Positions 58,389 to 64,000 of a stretch of 64,000 nucleotides of DNA are shown here, one piece after another (the first letter of the stretch is position 1; every line of letters begins with the position of its first letter). The notes below the pieces were generated by a model. It was not told the DNA's origin, searched no databases, and worked only from the letters and a program-made list of their open reading frames with translations. This DNA comes from Oculina patagonica (lineage: Eukaryota). The stretch is from contig NC_135770.1 in assembly GCF_052425735.1 (NCBI RefSeq), forward strand, positions 7,316,001 to 7,380,000, read 5' to 3'. A program made the position numbers and the translations under genes.

Positions 58389-61300
58389 ATGTTTCTGTAT
58401 CTTTTGTATTTTGCTCTTCTTCTCATAATTCCTCTTGAGGCCCAACAGAGCAGGCTTGACGGCAGCCGTGGTTTAAAGCGAGGAGTTCCTGTACAAGGAA
58501 ACAGAGTATCGTATGGAAATTTTGCAGTTGACAAGTTTCAACGTCTTCAAGTATCAGTTGGTTCATCTATTTTCGTGAGCAACTATAGTGAGTGCGCTCT
58601 GAGCTGTGTTGACAATCCACCATGTTCTTCATTTAACGTCGCCTCGTCTCTTGATGCATCGGGAAAATACCGATGCGAGTTGTTAAACGAAAACAAGTAC
58701 TCTGCAAGCCCAGGCCAGCTTGTCAGCTCACAGGAATACCACCATTTCAGCATCAAGGTATAAAGAAAATCTTGTTACGATCTTCGTTTCCACCCTGACT
58801 TGTTTAAACTTAAAAGTTCATTTCTTTCATTCAGTTGCAAATACTAAAGAAGCAAGCGCCTCCATGAATAAGGAAAGCATGTTTTGAAAGCTGTTGAGTT
58901 AGTCAAAAATCACAAAATAACGGGGTCTTTTGTTCACAAGGAGCTTAGAGTGTTACTTTCAAATCTTAAATTTAAGAGTCTCGCAACTAAATCTCGATTT
59001 CTGACCGTACCCTCTGTGTTACTTCGTCAAGTCTCCTATTTTGACCGGCTCTGAATACAACGGTTGTTTTCTTTCCTTTATTTTTTAGGCTATGCAGCTC
59101 TTGACAACTTGCATACAACCTTAAACAATTAAATTAATTAGTCTTCTCTTTAAAGTTGACTTTACTCAGTAATTAATTTTCTCCAATTTCAAAATGAAGT
59201 TTTTGATGAAAGAAATAGCTCTGCACTTTTTTATGGAAGAAAATTCTTGTAAAAGGTAAAAACTTACTCACAGTATATACGTGTAAAATTGTATTATGTG
59301 GGTTGTGTTGGTTACATCCGTCGAACACCGTTCAAAGAGCTTTTATAATTCGTTAAAACTAAGCCGTTTTTTGAGTCTAATGCTTGCGTGCGCTTTGCGC
59401 ATGCGCATTAGACTCTTTGTTATATATAAAAAAGCTGTTAGCAATCCCAAGGGAATGGTTCGGGATCGATAATCGTTCGCTGTAATGTAGAAAACAATGA
59501 CCAGCTGCAAGAACGGACTCCGTACGGACACGCACGATTTGTTTTAATTAAAAACAGCCAATCAGCGACACGTGTTCCCACGCATAATTAAAAGTTCTTT
59601 TTCAAGTCACGATTATTCAACTTGAACAGGACGAAATAATTTTCCAGTTAAAGCATTTGTAAGCTTTTCGTGAAAATAAAACTTCGTTTTAAGATGACTT
59701 AAGCACTTGTGTTTTCGTCTTGCTTAAAAAACAAGACGTCTTTGAGAAAAAAATATTTCGACGGCGATTCGCGTTTATTTACACAATGCGACCAAATGTT
59801 TATTTTGTTAAAACAGAAAACTTTACCTCGTATTTTGTATTTAAGTCATTCGAATTTTCACCAATTTTTTCTTTCACAGTGCAAACAAAAACCTTCAAAA
59901 ATAAAAGATGTACATGGATAAATGTAAATCAAGTTACGTGACTAAATCAAAATGCGTTTGTTTGGCCGCTTTGCAGTATTACACTGTCCCGGCCTTTGCC
60001 ATACACTGAAATCGAATTTCATGCTTTTATGACTCTCAGAGATCTCAAGTTCTTCTTACAGCTAGAAAAATCATAAAATGGTTACAGTAATATGGAAGTG
60101 ATGATTCGCGAAATTTGTACATCATGTTAAACAGTCTTCGTTCCTGTGTATCGTAGCTCGATAATAATTGCCTTCTAGCGTTCAAAAGGTCATCATTATA
60201 TTAACGTGAGGAGTATTTACACCCGTTTTTAGGAAAATCTGTCACTCAGTGTTTACAGTACAATGGAGGAACAGTCGCTATTTCAAGTGCTTTTATTGCA
60301 AAATCTGTTTCAAGAGTCATCATCAAAGTGGTGAAAAATCTGAAAGAAAACGATGTGAAGTTCTTCAACCCTTGTTGTAATGAACATGTTTTTTTGTAAA
60401 TCGTCACGCAATCTTGTCCAAATGTTTAATCGTTTCTGCTTATACGGACAATACAGAAGAAGTAACATCAACTCCTGTTCATACTTTCAATTTTGTGAAG
60501 CATATAACAATTATGACCATTTCGTTTTCATCCATTATCATCCACGATGCCCCTAGCTTGCTATAAGCATTTTAAACTCCCGAACACAAACCTCTAACCA
60601 TTTTTCACCGGCTTACGAAAACCGCGCAATCTGTATCACTATGCCATACAGCATTAGACTCATGTCACTCTTGGTGACCTATTTTTTTAAGATAAAATGA
60701 TAATGATTTCCATTTGACATCCGTCGAACACCGTTCAAAGAGCTTTTATAATTCGTTAAAACTAAGCCGTTTTTTTTTTTTTTTCAAGATAAAATGTTAA
60801 TGATTTCCATTTGTATAACACATAAAACTTATAATAAATAATAATAAGGAATTATTTCTTTACTCATCGACCAATCTGAATATTACCATACTTCTTTTCC
60901 TTTTTTTAGCTTTATTCGCTGTTTTCCAAACGATTAACTAACATTTTTTCCACAGACACCATGCTCAAGTTTTCCGTGTCAAAACAGTGCAAAGTGTGTT
61001 CCTAATTACGGTGAAAATGAATACCACTGTGATTGTGTTCCCGGCTACACAGGAAGATACTGCGAAACAGGTGAGATGAGGTTCATTTGTAAACAAACAA
61101 AAAATATTGAATTGAACTCACAGCATGGAGCCTTGAAACCCTAATTCAATTCTTGACAGGGAATATTGGCTAAAGAAAGGTTTTGTTTCAAGTCATGAGA
61201 TGGAGTTTGTGCACGACAAACTGTCGGTTTATCCGTTTTATATGCAAAGCGGGATATGGGAATATGGCGTCATAACCCCGTAGTGTGTTTTCAACAGGCA

Positions 61301-63915
61301 GCATTGCGCGAATTGAGAGATATATATTTACCTTTGGTGTTTGTTTTCAATATTTGTGACATTCTACAATTCAACAAAGCACAACTGCGCAAAATTATTG
61401 TCCCACAAAACTGGTGCTCGGATTAACCTTTGTTTCGAGTACGTTTAATTTTCTACCTATAGAGCGTTTTCACCAAGACAAACAATATCGTTTTACTTGC
61501 ATCAAAATCATCAACAAACTCAGAGATAGTGGAGTAGGTGGTAAGGAATAAATACCCCAAATTTTTATTTGACAGTGCTAACTGGAGCGAAGTTATTGGG
61601 AAAACAAAACTTGTGGTATGAGTCCGCCATATTGGTGTTCCACTTTGGAACATCAATATGGCCGTCAAAAAAACTGTCTGCAAGGAGAAAGATATATTTT
61701 TCTAACAAGGTCATGCGTTGCACTTAGGAATCCTTTGATTATCATTTTTAACTCATAAGCATATCTGAAAAGCATTTTAAAAGTGCTGAAATGTGTTTTC
61801 TGTAACATTTGAGATCACGTCGAGTTAGGCTGTCTCAAATTTCAAAACGCCTTATCTTCAAAACAAAGCACTCTTGCTCTTTTTGCACAAACAATTAATT
61901 TCCCCAGCAATTATTGACATTAAAGAAGAATTCCATTCCGTACTGCGCAATCGTCGCTTGCAATGTTTATGTGAGTCTCACACGAAGGAATGTTTACTAG
62001 CAAAGTTAAAAATTCTGTGACAAACTTACCTTTTTCTTCATTATTAGCACCAGATATCCTTACAAAACAATAATAAGGAGAAAGAGAACCTCGAAACTTT
62101 TTCAAACCGAAGTTTCAGCTCATCGGAAATTCTTGAACGAAACGAACCGTAATGGCGGACTAAAACTGCTATTATCGAATTAACGAATTCAAAACAAAAA
62201 CGAAAACAAATCCCGAGTCTGCGCAGTACGGACTGGAAATCAGCTTTAATGTCTACAATATGCTTAAAAGAAAGCTTTGTAGGTTCAATAGTTGAATTTA
62301 CAATTTGAAGAAGTCAAAACGCCTTATAGTTCGTAAGCTGAATAGCTCCAGAAACACCTTATTTCCAGCTGAATTTTCTCGCAGACATCAACGAATGTTC
62401 CAGATGACTCAGCAAACTGGTGTCGCTGCCACACAACCAGCCACATATGGACAGCTGGGTGGAGAGTAAGAGACAAAAAAATATCTGCAAAAGGCTTTCG
62501 TTTGGTTCTCTCAAATTGGGGGACAATGTACCAACCAAATTGGGCCTTTGGGCATCTCATATCAGTTTAACTAAGTCAATGATATTTTATTTCTTTCAGT
62601 GTTAAGGTCATGCCAGGATCTGTTTGATGTATCCGCGTAAGTTATATTGCATTGTTTTAATATCACAGAAAAAAAGTCACACAACATGTCAGTGCAACTT
62701 CAATTTAACGGACCTCTATATAACGAAGTCCTCGGCATAACGAATGATTTTCTCCAGCCCGGCCAAAGTTACAGAAAAATGTATGGAACATGACCTCGAT
62801 ATAACGAACCCCGATATAACGAAATCCACGTTATAACGAACACAATCCCGTAGCCGAAACGTAAAATGTATCCCGATATAACGAAAAAATGTCGACACGC
62901 AACAAAACGTTAAATCGAATCAGACCAACAAGGATGAAAATCCATTAATTCTGTAACAGGAAAACAAGTTCAAATATGTCCATATCTGTGTGCATATATT
63001 ATACATTATAAATGTTATTTTTCAGAACTCGTTAATATCGAGTTTTTCAATATAACGAACCCTCGATAACGTAAAATTTCCCCACTACTTTGGCACTTCG
63101 TTAAATCGTTATACTTTGTGGACGTCCATCCACTGAAAAAGGCGGGAACAACGTTAATTGACACATGTACAAGAATTTAACCTGGTCTTGAAACAATCAC
63201 TGTTCGATTACACAGTAAAAGAGACGGTCAACAAAAACCGAGCAAAATCTTATTTTCGTGGCAGAAATTGGTAAATGAGAAACTGATGCAGTTTGTTTCC
63301 GTAAAAAGTCATTTTTGCTTACATTTTTTGGTCTTATCTCTTATTTTTGCTTACATTTTTTGGTCTTATCTCCCTTGGGTGGAAATTCGGCCCAATAATC
63401 CGGCAATAACACTCCTTGCGTTCGCGAAAAGAAGTTTGGACAAATCGCTTCCCCAATTCCGCCACTTTTCTTGACCGGACTCTATTTACACCCGTTTTTA
63501 GTGTTATATTATTAGCTATCTTTCTACATCCATCTTTCGACATCGCCTTTCCACATCGTCTTTCGACATGCTGTTTGAAATGAGCCAATCAAAACCTATA
63601 CATACCGGTGTTGGCTTCATGCAAATCAGCCCACAAGTCAGATGGCCATACCAATGGGATGTGATTGGTGGATATTTGGATCTAGAATATCGAAAGATGG
63701 ATGCCGAAACTGAAAGCGGGTGTAAGTTCTGAATTATGGGAAATCTTTTGTTTTTTGAAGCTATTTTTTTTTTTTTTCTGGTTGTTAGGTCAAGCCAAAA
63801 TCAGCAGGTTACGCTCTTTTTTGGCTCAACACCTACAACAATTCTCTGTCACATGGGAGACTTTGGATGTGGAGATGGGGGATGGACACCGGTCATGAAG
63901 ATGGATGGCAGTAAG
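58389..63915 (+). CDS. Secreted PAN/apple - EGF - fibrinogen-related protein resembling the coral USOMP5-like family; 3'-incomplete
   Basis: Exons: 58389-58757 (signal peptide + PAN, CALSC...CSSFN...CEL), 60956-61070 (EGF, PCSSFPCQNSAKC...GYTGRYCE), 62600-62636 (RSCQDL), 63789-63915 (CHMGDFGCGDGGWTPVMKMDG). Phases 0/1/2/0 are consistent. The family name is recalled from motifs, not searched. Confidence 0.8.
59314..60813 (+). mobile_element. Miniature split-direct-repeat element (non-coding)
   Basis: A1 59314-59372 = A2 60717-60775. B1 60689-60716 ~ B2 60786-60813 (1 mismatch). Order is A1-body-B1-A2-B2. Confidence 0.7.
62690..63115. mobile_element. Tc1/mariner-pogo-like MITE remnant
   Basis: cagtg start and multiple gatataacgaa subrepeats. 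Confidence 0.55.
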
Positions 63916-64000
63916 GTATATAACACTGTTAGCAGGTCCACCTCATTTTTAAATTTGCTTCAGCAGTATTAATTACGAAGGTCTATGATCTATTATTTAA

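Overview
AT-rich, intron-containing animal genomic DNA, most likely a stony coral (inferred from the gene families and repeat types). There is one assembly gap at 23056-23222. Two host genes can be reconstructed from splice signals. (1) A minus-strand single-pass receptor spans about 38731->5876: signal peptide, LRRNT/LRR/LRRCT, a YWTD beta-propeller, about 20 calcium-binding EGF repeats on a tandem array of phase-1 cassette exons, a transmembrane helix, and a tail resembling a vestigial kinase N-lobe. The 19-exon model is about 1378 aa. (2) A plus-strand secreted PAN-EGF-fibrinogen-like (USOMP5-like) gene starts at 58389 and runs off the window. The rest is nested mobile DNA: a near full-length Gypsy LTR retrotransposon (16121-22726) with unusual extra domains, two non-coding split-direct-repeat elements of Ngaro/PAT architecture (24971-30886 and 59314-60813), a 13.7-kb CACTG-terminated DNA transposon (41835-55525) that splits a LINE with a clean 3-bp TSD, a Penelope-like GIY-YIG fragment, three hammerhead-ribozyme-like motifs, LINE and SINE fragments, and many MITEs. 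All gene models and family assignments were made by eye, without database searches.
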